Shown one piece after another: positions 50,029 to 59,648 of a stretch of DNA of 64,000 nt. Numbering within the stretch: position 1 is the stretch's first letter; every line of letters starts with the position of its first letter. A model generated the notes under the pieces. That model was not told the DNA's origin. It saw nothing but the letters and a program-made list of their open reading frames with translations, and searched no databases. The translations under genes and the position numbers were made by a program. Source of the DNA: Candidatus Dormibacteria bacterium (GTDB lineage: Bacteria > Chloroflexota > Dormibacteria > Aeolococcales > Aeolococcaceae); contig JBMFXB010000002.1 in NCBI GenBank assembly GCA_049964715.1, forward strand, positions 12,386 through 76,385. The letters are read 5' to 3'.

Positions 50029-50491
50029 GAACTATCTCTCCCAATCGTCCAAAGGTGATTCGAACCGGTTTTTGTGCATGATGCTCATGATGGTCGTCTG
50101 CATAGATCCGAACGCAAGTGAGCATGTCACGACCTAAGGTATTATGCTGAAGCATTCCGCGGATTGCACTTCGCAAGGGAAACGTTGGATCATGTTCCAC
50201 AGCTTCCTCATACGACCGTGTCCGAAGTCCGCCAGGATATCCTGTGTACCTGTGATACTGCTTCTTTTCCTGTTTGCTTCCTGTCACACGCATTGCCGAA
50301 GTATTGATGACAATGACATGTGCTCCAGAATTGATATGCGGAGTGTACTGTGGACGATGCTTGCCACGAAGGATCCGGACAATGTTTGTTGCCAGTCGTC
50401 CGAGTGTTTCGTTACGAGCGTCAACGAGAAACCACTCCTCATCACGCTCAGCTGGTGATGCAAAGTACGTACGATTGGTGACGCTACTCAT
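50012..50491 (-). CDS. rplM: 50S ribosomal protein L13
   Basis: WFLVDARNETLGRLATNIVRILRGKH... Start trimmed to MSSVTNRTYF; the ORF extends to 50575. Confidence 0.9.
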   Translation of the reverse strand: MSSVTNRTYFASPAERDEEWFLVDARNETLGRLATNIVRILRGKHRPQYTPHINSGAHVIVINTSAMRVTGSKQEKKQYHRYTGYPGGLRTRSYEEAVEHDPTFPLRSAIRGMLQHNTLGRDMLTCVRIYADDHHEHHAQKPVRITFGRLGEIVRDSND

Positions 50492-51290
50492 TGTGAGATC
50501 CCATTCCTTCGTTCCAGTTAAATACAGTGTTGGGATATGTGACGTTCCAGAGATACAGGCCATGGGGTGGTGCACTCCATGGAATACGTCTTCCTCCCTC
50601 TGGAGATACTATCATGTTTGCAACTGCGCATGTCATAGTGGGGTTCTGGGCAGCATGCACCATTCCGCCAACAAGATGTCGTACCATTCCACGAAGAAAT
50701 GCATTGGCAGTTACTGTATATGTGCCGACCTGAATCGCCAGTCCTCCAACTTCACGTTTCTCCCACTTCCACATGCTTTCTGTCACAGTACGTACCGTGT
50801 TGGTTCCGTGTGGAGCAATCCCGACTGCAGCAAAATCATGAGTACCAATAACAGAACGTGCACATTCATCGAGAGATGCATGGTCAACTGCCGAAGATAC
50901 ATGCCAGTATGCTGACCGTAGTGTTGGGATGGGTAATTCCCCTTCGGAAATCACATAGCAGTATGTTCTCTCTCGCGCATCGAACCGTGCATGAAATGAC
51001 TGAGGTACTTCCTGTGCACCAGTTATGCGGATTGATGCAGGGAGCCGTGCATTGAGTGCACTTCCCAGACGCTGTGCCCCATGCTTCCAGCCAGGGCAGG
51101 TAACAGCCATGACCTGTCCCACTGCATGCACTCCACGATCGGTGCGTCCAGCAGCAGTCCATTGAGAATACTCTGGTTCACAATCCAAAAGACACGCCTT
51201 AAGCGTACCTGCCACAGAAGATGCTGTTGGTTGTTCCTGCCATCCAGAAAAATCCGTTCCATCATATGCAACACGAAGTGCTACTCGCAT
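50484..51290 (-). CDS. truA: tRNA pseudouridine(38-40) synthase
   Basis: MRVALRVAYDGTDFSGWQEQP...GRTDRGVHA (catalytic Asp). Confidence 0.9.
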   Translation of the reverse strand: MRVALRVAYDGTDFSGWQEQPTASSVAGTLKACLLDCEPEYSQWTAAGRTDRGVHAVGQVMAVTCPGWKHGAQRLGSALNARLPASIRITGAQEVPQSFHARFDARERTYCYVISEGELPIPTLRSAYWHVSSAVDHASLDECARSVIGTHDFAAVGIAPHGTNTVRTVTESMWKWEKREVGGLAIQVGTYTVTANAFLRGMVRHLVGGMVHAAQNPTMTCAVANMIVSPEGGRRIPWSAPPHGLYLWNVTYPNTVFNWNEGMGSHNE

Positions 51291-51353
51291 GGATGTGCCT
51301 ATTCACTGCATGTGTACAACGAAGTTGTGCAGCGAGAACGGAGACCCTGCTCT

Positions 51354-51710
51354 CTACGCTTCCACAAACTCGATGATAGCCATGGGAGCAGCATCCCCTT
51401 GCCGAATACCGCAGTGGACAATACGTGTGTATCCCCCAGGACGATTGAGGAACCGTTCCCGGTACACAGAATACAGACGCTTGTGTGCCTCACGTCCATA
51501 CACTATGCTTGAAACCTTTCTGTGAGATGCGACATCGTCCACTTTTGCAGTTGTAACGACACGCTCAACCCAACGTCGGAGTTCTTTCGCCTTTGCTTCT
51601 GTTGTCGTGATCCGTCCATGAAGAAGGAGAGCAGTGATGAGATTTCTCATCATCGCCTGGCGATGTGCGCTATCCCTATTGAACTTACGACCACTCTTCT
51701 GATGCCGCAT
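51354..51710 (-). CDS. rplQ: 50S ribosomal protein L17
   Basis: MRHQKSGRKFNRDSAHRQAMMRNLITALLLHGRITTT. Confidence 0.95.
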   Translation of the reverse strand: MRHQKSGRKFNRDSAHRQAMMRNLITALLLHGRITTTEAKAKELRRWVERVVTTAKVDDVASHRKVSSIVYGREAHKRLYSVYRERFLNRPGGYTRIVHCGIRQGDAAPMAIIEFVEA

Positions 51711-51716
51711 GGTGTG

Positions 51717-52703
51717 TTACTCCTGCTCCTCAAGTGCGGAAGCAAATAGACTTCCGAGTTCCTCGTCCGAAACAAGCTGCTTCTCAATGAGCTTCAGTTT
51801 TACTTCATCAAAGGACTTCTTGCCAAAGTTCCTGAGTGTAAGCAGCTCTTCCTCACGCATAGCCACAAGTTGTCCAACTGTCGTGACATCATTTGCCTTC
51901 AGGCAATTGAGTGCCCTCACGCTGAGGTCAAGTTCTTCAACTGGAACGTTTGCAAGTCGTGACTGGAGATCATTGCCACCTGAAGAGGCTGTGACGGGTG
52001 GTGTTTCAATACTAGTGCGAAAGTGCACAAAAAGATCAAGATGGGACGTAAAGATTGCTGCAGCTTCACTGATGGCATCGACAGGATTGAGTGTCCTGTT
52101 CGTCCACACTTCCATGACCAAGCGGTCCCAGTTCGTATCCTGTCCGACACGGGTTTTTTCAATGACGAAATTCGCCTTCTCAACAGGTGTGAAGGTAGCA
52201 TCCACAGGAATAACACCTATTGGCTGTCCTTCCTTCTTGTTCTTGTCTGCTGCAAGGTATCCCTTTCCACGTTCGACAACGAGCTCCATCCGAAGGGTTG
52301 CATCCTTCCCACTCAATGCACAAATGTACATTTCAGGGTTGCAAATCTCAACAAGGCTGTTCGGCTCAATATCGCCTGCAGTGACGACTCTTTCACCCTT
52401 GACTTCTAGGCTGAGACGAACTGGTTCATCTGAATGCGAAACGACATGGAGCCCTTTGACATTGAGGAGGATCTCAGTTACATCCTCCTTTACAAAGGGT
52501 ACTGCACTGAATTCATGAGCAACACCGTCAATCGAAACCGCAGTGACTGCAGCACCTGGAAGTGACGACAGGAGAACCCGGCGCAGCGAATTGCCGAGTG
52601 TTGTTCCAAATCCAGGCTCGAGTGGCTCTATCGTAAACCGACCATATTGGTCGTTCGACTCAACTTCTTTCACTGTTGGCGCGTACATTGTTTCTCCAGT
52701 CAT
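51717..52703 (-). CDS. rpoA: DNA-directed RNA polymerase subunit alpha
   Basis: 328 aa. N-terminal domain IEPLEPGFGTTLGNSLRRVLLSSLPGAAV and C-terminal domain (VEELDLSVRALNCLK). Confidence 0.95.
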   Translation of the reverse strand: MTGETMYAPTVKEVESNDQYGRFTIEPLEPGFGTTLGNSLRRVLLSSLPGAAVTAVSIDGVAHEFSAVPFVKEDVTEILLNVKGLHVVSHSDEPVRLSLEVKGERVVTAGDIEPNSLVEICNPEMYICALSGKDATLRMELVVERGKGYLAADKNKKEGQPIGVIPVDATFTPVEKANFVIEKTRVGQDTNWDRLVMEVWTNRTLNPVDAISEAAAIFTSHLDLFVHFRTSIETPPVTASSGGNDLQSRLANVPVEELDLSVRALNCLKANDVTTVGQLVAMREEELLTLRNFGKKSFDEVKLKLIEKQLVSDEELGSLFASALEEQE

Positions 52704-52746
52704 TTACCTGCCCCTCGTTCGTGCACTTGTTCGATAGCTCTGTCAG

Positions 52747-53379
52747 TTACCGGCTGTAATATTCAACGATGAGCTGCTCGTTGATTTCCCGCTCCATCTC
52801 CGGACGTTCCGGAAGCCGGACGACTGTTCCACGGTAGGACTTTGTGTCCACACTCAGCCACTCTGGCACCGAGCGTCCCTGATGGACAACCTGTGCACCA
52901 GTTTCCAGTGCAAGAAGGTTCCGACTCTTTTCACGGACTTCAACGACATCGCCAGGCTTCACCTGTGCTGAGGCGATGTTCACTACACGGCCATTCACAG
53001 CAAAGTGACGATGATTCACAAGTTGTCGTGCCTCATTCCGGGAAGAGGCAAAGCCAAGTCGGTACACAACGTTGTCAAGTCGACGCTCAAGCTCTTGGAG
53101 GAGCACAGTTCCAGTGACTCCCTGACTGCGTTCTGCCCTGTCGATATAGATACGAAACTGACGCTCAAGTACACCGTACAAACGGCGTGCACGCTGCTTG
53201 GCGCGAAGCTGGATACCGTAGTCACTAACCTTTCTACGCGAAGGTGTCGTGTGCTGGCCAGGAGGTGTGCCGTTCCTCTTCTCAAGAACGCAGCTGCTGT
53301 AGCACTTCGTGCCTTTCAGAAAAAGCTTTGTCCCTTCACGCCGACACAACCGACAGACAGGTCCTGTTTCTCTCGCCAT
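52747..53379 (-). CDS. rpsD: 30S ribosomal protein S4
   Basis: N-terminal zinc ribbon CRLCRREGTKLFLKGTKC and S4 domain (RLDNVVYRLGFASSR). Confidence 0.95.
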   Translation of the reverse strand: MARETGPVCRLCRREGTKLFLKGTKCYSSCVLEKRNGTPPGQHTTPSRRKVSDYGIQLRAKQRARRLYGVLERQFRIYIDRAERSQGVTGTVLLQELERRLDNVVYRLGFASSRNEARQLVNHRHFAVNGRVVNIASAQVKPGDVVEVREKSRNLLALETGAQVVHQGRSVPEWLSVDTKSYRGTVVRLPERPEMEREINEQLIVEYYSR

Positions 53380-53402
53380 TGTCCTTCCCTACTCCTCTTG
53401 TC

Positions 53403-53795
53403 CTACACACGACGCCGCTTTGGCGGCCTGCACCCGTTATGTGGAATGGGTGTCATATCGGTAATTGCTGTTACATCAAGTCCTGAAGACTGCAGGCTCC
53501 GGATTGCTGCCTCACGTCCTGCTCCTGGCCCCTTTACGAACACTTCGATACTTCTAAGGCCATGTTCCATGGCACGCTTTGCTGCATTCTCAGCTGCTAC
53601 CTGTGCTGCAAACGGTGTTCCTTTCCGTGAACCCTTGAAGCCTTGACCGCCTGCTGAACTCCAAGCAAGAACGGCACCCTGAGGGTCAGTAAGACTGACA
53701 ATCGTATTGTTGAACGTTGCGAGAATGTGCGCTTGTCCAATGACAACATTCTTCTTCTCGCGACGACGAGTACGTACGACCTTCTTCTTTGCCAT
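53403..53795 (-). CDS. rpsK: 30S ribosomal protein S11
   Basis: [14 protein letters not shown]-type start and S11 signature. Confidence 0.95.
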   Translation of the reverse strand: MAKKKVVRTRRREKKNVVIGQAHILATFNNTIVSLTDPQGAVLAWSSAGGQGFKGSRKGTPFAAQVAAENAAKRAMEHGLRSIEVFVKGPGAGREAAIRSLQSSGLDVTAITDMTPIPHNGCRPPKRRRV

Positions 53796-53809
53796 GTCCT
53801 TCCCTTACC

Positions 53810-54187
53810 CTACTTCTTCTTCTTTGCACTGACTGTTCGACGTGGTCCACGGCGAGTTCTGGCATTCGTCCTGGTTCGTTGACCACGAACAGGAAGCCCT
53901 CGACGATGTCGGATCCCACGATATGAACCAATGTCCATCAGCCGCTTGATATTCATGGCGACCTGTCGACGAAGATCTCCTTCAACACGACCCTCAAGCT
54001 CCTTTGCGATGATGTCACGAAGCTGCGCAACCTGCTGATCTGTAAGATCCCCAGTGCGAGTATCTTCATCCAGACGAGCCCGCTCAAGAATATGCTTGGC
54101 AGTCGTCGGTCCAATGCCGTAAATGTATGTCAACGAAACGACAATGTGCTTGTCGCGCGGAATATCAACACCAGCGATACGTGCCAC
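53810..54187 (-). CDS. rpsM: 30S ribosomal protein S13
   Basis: (M)[28 protein letters not shown] start. Confidence 0.95.
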   Translation of the reverse strand: MARIAGVDIPRDKHIVVSLTYIYGIGPTTAKHILERARLDEDTRTGDLTDQQVAQLRDIIAKELEGRVEGDLRRQVAMNIKRLMDIGSYRGIRHRRGLPVRGQRTRTNARTRRGPRRTVSAKKKK

Positions 54188-54199
54188 TCGTCCTTCCTC

Positions 54200-54313
54200 T
54201 TAACCTTGCCGCTGCTTGTGCTTTGGATTCGTGCAGATGACCCGGACAACTCCGTGGCGACGTATGACCTTGCAACGTTCACACATCTGCTTAACCGATG
54301 CTCGAACTTTCAT
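54200..54313 (-). CDS. rpmJ: 50S ribosomal protein L36
   Basis: Not in the supplied ORF track (under 60 aa). Reverse-strand translation gives [37 protein letters not shown], 37 aa with the C-x2-C-x12-C-x4-H zinc motif. Confidence 0.85.
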   Translation of the reverse strand: MKVRASVKQMCERCKVIRRHGVVRVICTNPKHKQRQG

Positions 54314-54562
54314 GATAGTGCATTCCTCATGGTGCTCACGATTCACAATACCAAATTCACACATAGCCACGGATTGTATCTCTACCGTAGCCTTACATCC
54401 TCACACCCCCTGGCGGATGCAGTGTTACTTATTATATGGAATTCCTCAGTCAAAGAGCAAATGTGCACATGCTGTCCTTCCAGCAATTAAAGAAGAAAAG
54501 GAGGAAACATCATGGTCTCCCCCTTTCAATACGTGAAGCAATTATGTACTACATATAGAGAA

Positions 54563-55645
54563 CTACACAGTCTTCTTCCGGTCCTTTAGCCGAGTGAGCA
54601 GCAAGCCCGTCAGGATCATACCGAGAGCGAGTAAAAGTCCAAATCCCAGTCCTGTGGCCGGTACTGAAGCTCCAAGTACTTCACCTGAGGCTGGATCCCC
54701 TGGAGTTGGTTGGCCACCAGTTGAGACACCAAGCACTCCACCTGTCGGCGTATGCGGTGGTGTTGATGTTGGAAGTGGAGTGGATGTTGGTATAGGTGTT
54801 GATGTAGGCGTAGTCGTTGGTGTTGATTTTGGCGTGGTAGTTGGTGTGGATGATGGCGTAGTCGTTGGTGTTGATTTTGGCGTGGTCGTTGGTGTGGATG
54901 ATGGCGTAGTCGTTGGTGTTGGTGTGGATGCAGGCGTAGGCTTAAGCGTTGGTGCAGGTGTAGGAGAATGCGTTAGTGCCACTGGGGGGCAGTCCACCCA
55001 GAAGGTCTTGTGCTTCTGCGGATCCATGCTGAACTGCAGCTTGAAATGCAATCCCTGTGTAGCTTGGGGTACATCACCATTTGAGAGGGCATGAGCCACA
55101 AGTTGGGCAGTATTGATCTGGGCAACAACATTCGTTCCAGCATGTACTGTCCACAGTGCTTCTGAGGGTGCTGCCTTGGTTCCAGGCCATGCCTGGTCCT
55201 GGCTGTATCCAGGTGCTGAAGCTGCATCTGAAGCAAAATGTGACGGGCCTGTCAAGGTCTTTACATCACCTTTGCCAGATCCTGTACCGTTCCACCCATC
55301 AATGGTGAAATACCCTGATGAATCAGCAAGATCACTTGCAAAAAGATAAATGACTGGAGGACAGCCAAGTTTCGGATCGTGCTCATGACCGGGATCAGTA
55401 AATCCTGATGCACTATCGAGCCACACATCCCCATGGTTGTTGTTTCCACCACTTGCATTGCCGGTTTTCGAGTTCCCGCCAAGGCTGTTCGGGCTACTTG
55501 CAAATACGACTCCGGACAGCCCAAGTCCAAGTACTGCACTAAGCACAACGCCGAGAACACTCTGCATCAACAGACTTCCTCTTCTCGACAGACGTCTCAT
55601 GTGAAATGTCGTGGTACTGTTTACAGTACGCATACTCCCCCCCAA
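54563..55645 (-). CDS. Cell-surface protein with Thr/Pro-rich tandem repeats and LPXTG-like (VPATG) C-terminal sorting signal
   Basis: N-terminal signal/TM (LLMQSVLGVVLSAVLGLGLSGVVFA), a globular domain, then repeats (TPTTTPSS/TPTTTPKS) x5. The C-terminus SVPATG-LGFGLLLALGMILTGLLLT-RLKDRKK has the motif-hydrophobic-basic tail arrangement of sortase substrates. Confidence 0.65.
   Translation of the reverse strand: MGGSMRTVNSTTTFHMRRLSRRGSLLMQSVLGVVLSAVLGLGLSGVVFASSPNSLGGNSKTGNASGGNNNHGDVWLDSASGFTDPGHEHDPKLGCPPVIYLFASDLADSSGYFTIDGWNGTGSGKGDVKTLTGPSHFASDAASAPGYSQDQAWPGTKAAPSEALWTVHAGTNVVAQINTAQLVAHALSNGDVPQATQGLHFKLQFSMDPQKHKTFWVDCPPVALTHSPTPAPTLKPTPASTPTPTTTPSSTPTTTPKSTPTTTPSSTPTTTPKSTPTTTPTSTPIPTSTPLPTSTPPHTPTGGVLGVSTGGQPTPGDPASGEVLGASVPATGLGFGLLLALGMILTGLLLTRLKDRKKTV
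54790..54960. repeat. Imperfect tandem nucleotide repeats (about 48-nt unit) encoding the Thr/Pro-rich linker
   Basis: Units such as gtagtcgttggtgttgattttggcgtggt(a/c)gttggtgtggatgatggc recur back to back within the surface-protein gene. Confidence 0.6.
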
Positions 55646-55880
55646 TCATCTTGGATGATATCTTCCTTACCCAATCGATGTGTATTTGAATTCTAACTGA
55701 TTTGGTCTGCTTTACGCAACAATTTCGTCACATGACAGATTGTGTACAATGACTTCCCTTATGACGTCATGTAACAGCAGTGTCGCACCTTGTGCGATAG
55801 ACATATCTCCATATGCTGTCAGGTACAACAATGAAAGGTGACGATTCGGCGCGAGGATGTACATCTCAAGGGAATGAAAC
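55646..55880. promoter_or_regulatory. Divergent intergenic region between the surface-protein gene and the TadG-like gene, containing two palindromes
   Basis: TGACGTCA perfect 8-bp palindrome at 55762-55769 and TCGCAC-ctt-GTGCGA inverted repeat at 55783-55797. The region is AT-rich relative to its surroundings. Confidence 0.35.
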
Positions 55881-57167
55881 ATGGATCGTATGCCAGTTCA
55901 CGAACGTGGGCATGCATTGCTAAAGCTTGCCATTATCAATCACGGGCCGACTCGAAGGCGAGCACTTCAGCGTGGTCAGTCCATGGTCGTTTTTGCAATG
56001 ACATCGCTCATTCTCATTGGTGTTGTAGGTCTCACAGTGAATACGGGCTGGGGAACAATCCAGCGTGAAACAGCTCAGAGTACTGCTGATGCTGTTGCAC
56101 TTGGCATTGCATATGGCTTCAACAATGGCGACAACCTCAATGTTGCAACGCATGACTACGCAGGTCCGATCATGCAGGCAAATGGCCTTCCCATGTCAGA
56201 CCTCACAACGAAGATGATTACCACAGCTACTTCAGTCGAGATCCAGGCAACTGTCTTGGTAGGTGTTACATCTTTCTTCTCGGCTGCATTTGGCAACAAG
56301 ACCTTCACAAGTGGAGCAACTGCTGAGGCACCTCTCACGATTCAGTGCGGTCTCTGCATTGATGGCACAATGACGGACAACCTGTCTGCTACAGGAAATC
56401 CAAGCATTGATGTATCAGGTACAAACATTTATACAGCAGGGAACCTTTCTGTCGGAGGCAGTGCCCAGGTATCAGCAAACAACGTCTTTGTCAGTGGTTC
56501 AACGACAGTATCCGGTACCGTGATTCCATCCCCGCCGATCACGGTTCCTCCGTTTCCCAATCCTGTTGCAGAGCCACCTCCACCCACCTGTTCCACCCTT
56601 GCTGCTGAGGGAGTCAGCGACTGTCCTTCCGTCCAATCAGCTGGCAACCCCATGTTTCCAGGCGTGTACAACAACATCACCCTCAATGGAGGTGCAGGTG
56701 ATGTGACAATGGAACCTGGCATCTACGTCATTACAGGAAATCTGAAAGTCAGCTCAACGACGGACCTCACGGGAAGTGGTGTCATGCTGTACTTCACCTG
56801 CAGTTCATTCCCGAATCCATGTCCAGCAAACTCCACTGGCGGGAGTCTCACGATTGAGGGCTCCGGCAACATCAATCTCACACCGCCGACCTCTGGACCG
56901 TATCAGGGGCTCCTTATCTATCAGGATCCAAACAACAGTTCCCCCCTATACCTTACAGGTGGAGGCGATCTCAGTCTCACGGGAACAATCTACGCTCCTT
57001 CCGCAACCCTGCAACTCCAGGGCAATTCTGGAGCCACGACGTCACTCAACTCAATCATTGATGTCGGTGGAGTAACAGCAAAAGGGGATGGAACCATTAA
57101 TGTGAGCTACAACGAAAATGCAAACTATGTGAATGGCATTACGAAGAGTGAGTGGCTCTATCAATGA
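55881..57167 (+). CDS. TadG-like pseudopilin / pilus-associated protein
   Basis: N-terminus ...LQRGQSMVVFAMTSLILIGVVGLTV is the TadE/G-type motif. Large Thr/Ser/Gly-rich domain. C-terminal region IYAPSATLQLQGNSG resembles the conserved TadG YAP..GN motif. AAGGGA lies upstream of the ATG. Confidence 0.6.
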   Translation: MDRMPVHERGHALLKLAIINHGPTRRRALQRGQSMVVFAMTSLILIGVVGLTVNTGWGTIQRETAQSTADAVALGIAYGFNNGDNLNVATHDYAGPIMQANGLPMSDLTTKMITTATSVEIQATVLVGVTSFFSAAFGNKTFTSGATAEAPLTIQCGLCIDGTMTDNLSATGNPSIDVSGTNIYTAGNLSVGGSAQVSANNVFVSGSTTVSGTVIPSPPITVPPFPNPVAEPPPPTCSTLAAEGVSDCPSVQSAGNPMFPGVYNNITLNGGAGDVTMEPGIYVITGNLKVSSTTDLTGSGVMLYFTCSSFPNPCPANSTGGSLTIEGSGNINLTPPTSGPYQGLLIYQDPNNSSPLYLTGGGDLSLTGTIYAPSATLQLQGNSGATTSLNSIIDVGGVTAKGDGTINVSYNENANYVNGITKSEWLYQ

Positions 57168-57655
57168 GGACATCCCTCATTCCTCGTCACAGAGCTCAGG
57201 AATCTGGACAGGCAGTAGTAGAGTTTGCACTCTTTCTTCCCATCATCCTGCTTCTTCTCTTTGGTGCAGTAAATGTGTCCATTCTCTTCAACAACATCAC
57301 CTCTCAGGACGGCGCAGTCCGTGATTCAGCTCGATATGCCAGCATCAATCCAGCATCCTTCAGCACCCACACTCCCCCTGATGCCAACTCCATCCAGGGC
57401 ATTGCCTACGCTGAAAACACAAGTCTTACTCCAGATGCAATCACGATCAACTACTACTATCCCGATGGGGGTCTCTGTGGCACGTATACAGCTGGAGATG
57501 GTTTCGTTGGAGATCAAACAGATTGCACACAACCCGGTTACTTCGTACAGGTTGTCGGAAAAGTCATCTATACTCCAGCCATCATCAATGTTTTCAGTGG
57601 TTTTGGTTCTGGTGGGCTCCCCATCTCCACTTCATACGAGTTTGTCATCCAATGA
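57152..57655 (+). CDS. TadE-like pseudopilin
   Basis: ...ESGQAVVEFALFLPIILLLLFGAV is a textbook TadE N-terminus. Overlaps the upstream gene. Confidence 0.7.
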   Translation: MALSMRTSLIPRHRAQESGQAVVEFALFLPIILLLLFGAVNVSILFNNITSQDGAVRDSARYASINPASFSTHTPPDANSIQGIAYAENTSLTPDAITINYYYPDGGLCGTYTAGDGFVGDQTDCTQPGYFVQVVGKVIYTPAIINVFSGFGSGGLPISTSYEFVIQ

Positions 57656-58203
57656 AACAGCATCGCAAGCAACGACGAATGACACGTGCACAGGCAGCAG
57701 TCGAACTCGCCCTCATAGCACCCATTCTCCTTGCAACCATCTTCATCCTCCTTGACACTGCACTTTTCTATACGACGGAGCTTTCTGCTGCTAATGCTGT
57801 GCAGTATGGAGCCCGATACGCAGCAGTCCATGCTATTGAGTGGTCGAACGCCAATCCTCCTGCGTCCGACACTATCCAATATGCTGTGACCTCAAATGAA
57901 GGTCTTGCTACCCTCATCAACCAGGATGCTACAGCCCCGGATGGTAGCCCGAACAGGACATACCTTGAGGTCACATATTATGACACGAGTGGCGATACGA
58001 TGACTGAGTGTGGTTCATATACTGTTGATAACGGCTTCCAGGCAGCTTCCGGGTATACAGAATTCAGCTGTGTTCAAGCTGGAAACATGGTGAGGATCAC
58101 TATCCACTGCGTGTACACTCCCCTCACGCCCGTACTTGGTCAATTCCTTCCCAATGGTATAGTCATCAGTGAATCTGCAACTGCACTCATTGAGCATATC
58201 TGA
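57652..58203 (+). CDS. TadE-like pseudopilin
   Basis: MKQHRKQRRMTRAQAAVELALIAPILLATIFILLD. Start set at the ATGA overlap with the previous gene; the ORF begins at 57523. Confidence 0.65.
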   Translation: MKQHRKQRRMTRAQAAVELALIAPILLATIFILLDTALFYTTELSAANAVQYGARYAAVHAIEWSNANPPASDTIQYAVTSNEGLATLINQDATAPDGSPNRTYLEVTYYDTSGDTMTECGSYTVDNGFQAASGYTEFSCVQAGNMVRITIHCVYTPLTPVLGQFLPNGIVISESATALIEHI

Positions 58204-58241
58204 GGAGTGTGACTTGCGTTCCTTGACCCGCAACTACGGCC

Positions 58242-59045
58242 TCAACCAACTGCACATTTGCGCTCTTGGAGAATGACTCGCTCAGAAGGGCGCACTGTGA
58301 GTACATGGGGACCATCTTCCGTTATTGCAACTGTATGCTCTGCATAGGCGGACCAGCTTCCATCCTGCGTGACAACTGTCCAGTTGTCCTCCAACGTGCG
58401 AACAGCATCACGGCCCTTGTTAACCATGGGCTCAATCGCAATGACATAGCCTGGCTTTAGTTCATTGCCTGTACCTGGCTTTCCATAATTGGGCACCTGT
58501 GGTGGCTCATGCATATCCCGCCCGATACCATGGCCAACATAATGTTTCACCACCGCGTAGCCATGAGACTCGACATATGTCTGAACCGTATGTCCAATAT
58601 CGCCAATGTGAGCTCCTGGTCGTGCTACTTCTATCGCCCGATACAGCGCTTCCTGTGTCACATCAATGAGCTTTTGCATCCCTGGCTCAACATTGCCACA
58701 CGGCACAGTGAGTCCACTATCCGCCCACCATCCATCGAGAATGAGACCACAATCGAGCGAAACAATATCTCCATCCTGCACCACCCGCTCTCCAGGAATG
58801 CCATGTACTACTTCATTGTTAACAGAGATGCATATGGACTTTGGGAAGCCATCATAACCAATGAACCCTGGAATACAACCATGATCCCTGATGAAGGTCT
58901 CTGCTTCACGGTCGAGAGTATTGAGTGTTACCCCTGGCGCAACATGTGTGGCAACATGCTCAAGGCATGCACCAAGAATCTCTCCTGAACGAGCCATTCG
59001 TGCGATTTCATCAGGCTTCTTCAGTCGAAAGCTCTCGCCCCGCAT
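58242..59045 (-). CDS. map: Methionine aminopeptidase, type I
   Basis: Pita-bread fold metal ligands (DIVSLDCG, HGIGRDMHE, EPM). Start trimmed to MRGESFRLKKPDEIARM; the ORF extends to 59081. Confidence 0.9.
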   Translation of the reverse strand: MRGESFRLKKPDEIARMARSGEILGACLEHVATHVAPGVTLNTLDREAETFIRDHGCIPGFIGYDGFPKSICISVNNEVVHGIPGERVVQDGDIVSLDCGLILDGWWADSGLTVPCGNVEPGMQKLIDVTQEALYRAIEVARPGAHIGDIGHTVQTYVESHGYAVVKHYVGHGIGRDMHEPPQVPNYGKPGTGNELKPGYVIAIEPMVNKGRDAVRTLEDNWTVVTQDGSWSAYAEHTVAITEDGPHVLTVRPSERVILQERKCAVG

Positions 59046-59634
59046 GATGCTCCTCCTCAAGATTTCCCTTCTCCAACACATGAATGAGTCTCGTCGTCAC
59101 AGTATCAACATCCGGCGTGCCATCGACATCGACCATCGGTGCCCCCTGTGCACGGTAATACTCGATGGTGGGAATTGTCTTTTCCTCATACTCCTTCAGA
59201 CGCTGTTTAAGCACTTCAACAGAATCATCCGATCGACCTTCAACTGTCGCACGGTGTTGAATACGCTCCAAAATGACATCCGTCGGAACAGAAAGATGAA
59301 CAATGAGATCTATCGTCATTCCGAGTTCCCTGAGAAGATCAGCCAGGCCCTCTGCCTGTGGCTTTGTGCGTGGATACCCATCAAGGAGGACACCGTTGAC
59401 ACCTGTCGTTTCCAGAAGGACACGACGAATCATGGCGAGCATGTACGAATCTGGAACGAGTTCTCCACGATTCATGAGATCCTGGACTTTCTTCCCAAGT
59501 TCAGTCTCTTCAGCAATCTCCTTCCGAAGCAATTCACCTGTGCTGACATGTCTGAGATGAAAATGGGCTGCAAGTTGTGCTGACTGTGTCCCCTTACCAC
59601 TTCCTGGAGGACCACAGATGATGTAGTGCTTCAT
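59011..59634 (-). CDS. adk: Adenylate kinase
   Basis: P-loop GPPGSGKGTQ. LID region with Ser/Thr rather than a Cys4 zinc site. Confidence 0.9.
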   Translation of the reverse strand: MKHYIICGPPGSGKGTQSAQLAAHFHLRHVSTGELLRKEIAEETELGKKVQDLMNRGELVPDSYMLAMIRRVLLETTGVNGVLLDGYPRTKPQAEGLADLLRELGMTIDLIVHLSVPTDVILERIQHRATVEGRSDDSVEVLKQRLKEYEEKTIPTIEYYRAQGAPMVDVDGTPDVDTVTTRLIHVLEKGNLEEEHHAGRELSTEEA

Positions 59635-59648
59635 GGTGGAAGCGGCTC

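Noticed and set aside
54314-54511. Expected infA (IF-1) between map and rpmJ.
   Set aside because: Reverse-strand translation of this interval gives only short stop-interrupted frames. infA is simply not here. Its absence from this position is common in several phyla, so it is not flagged as an anomaly by itself.
54216-54536. 106-aa + strand ORF spanning the rpmJ region.
   Set aside because: It overlaps the clearly recognisable L36 gene on the opposite strand and the rpmJ leader. It starts at TTG and has no motif, so it is most likely spurious.
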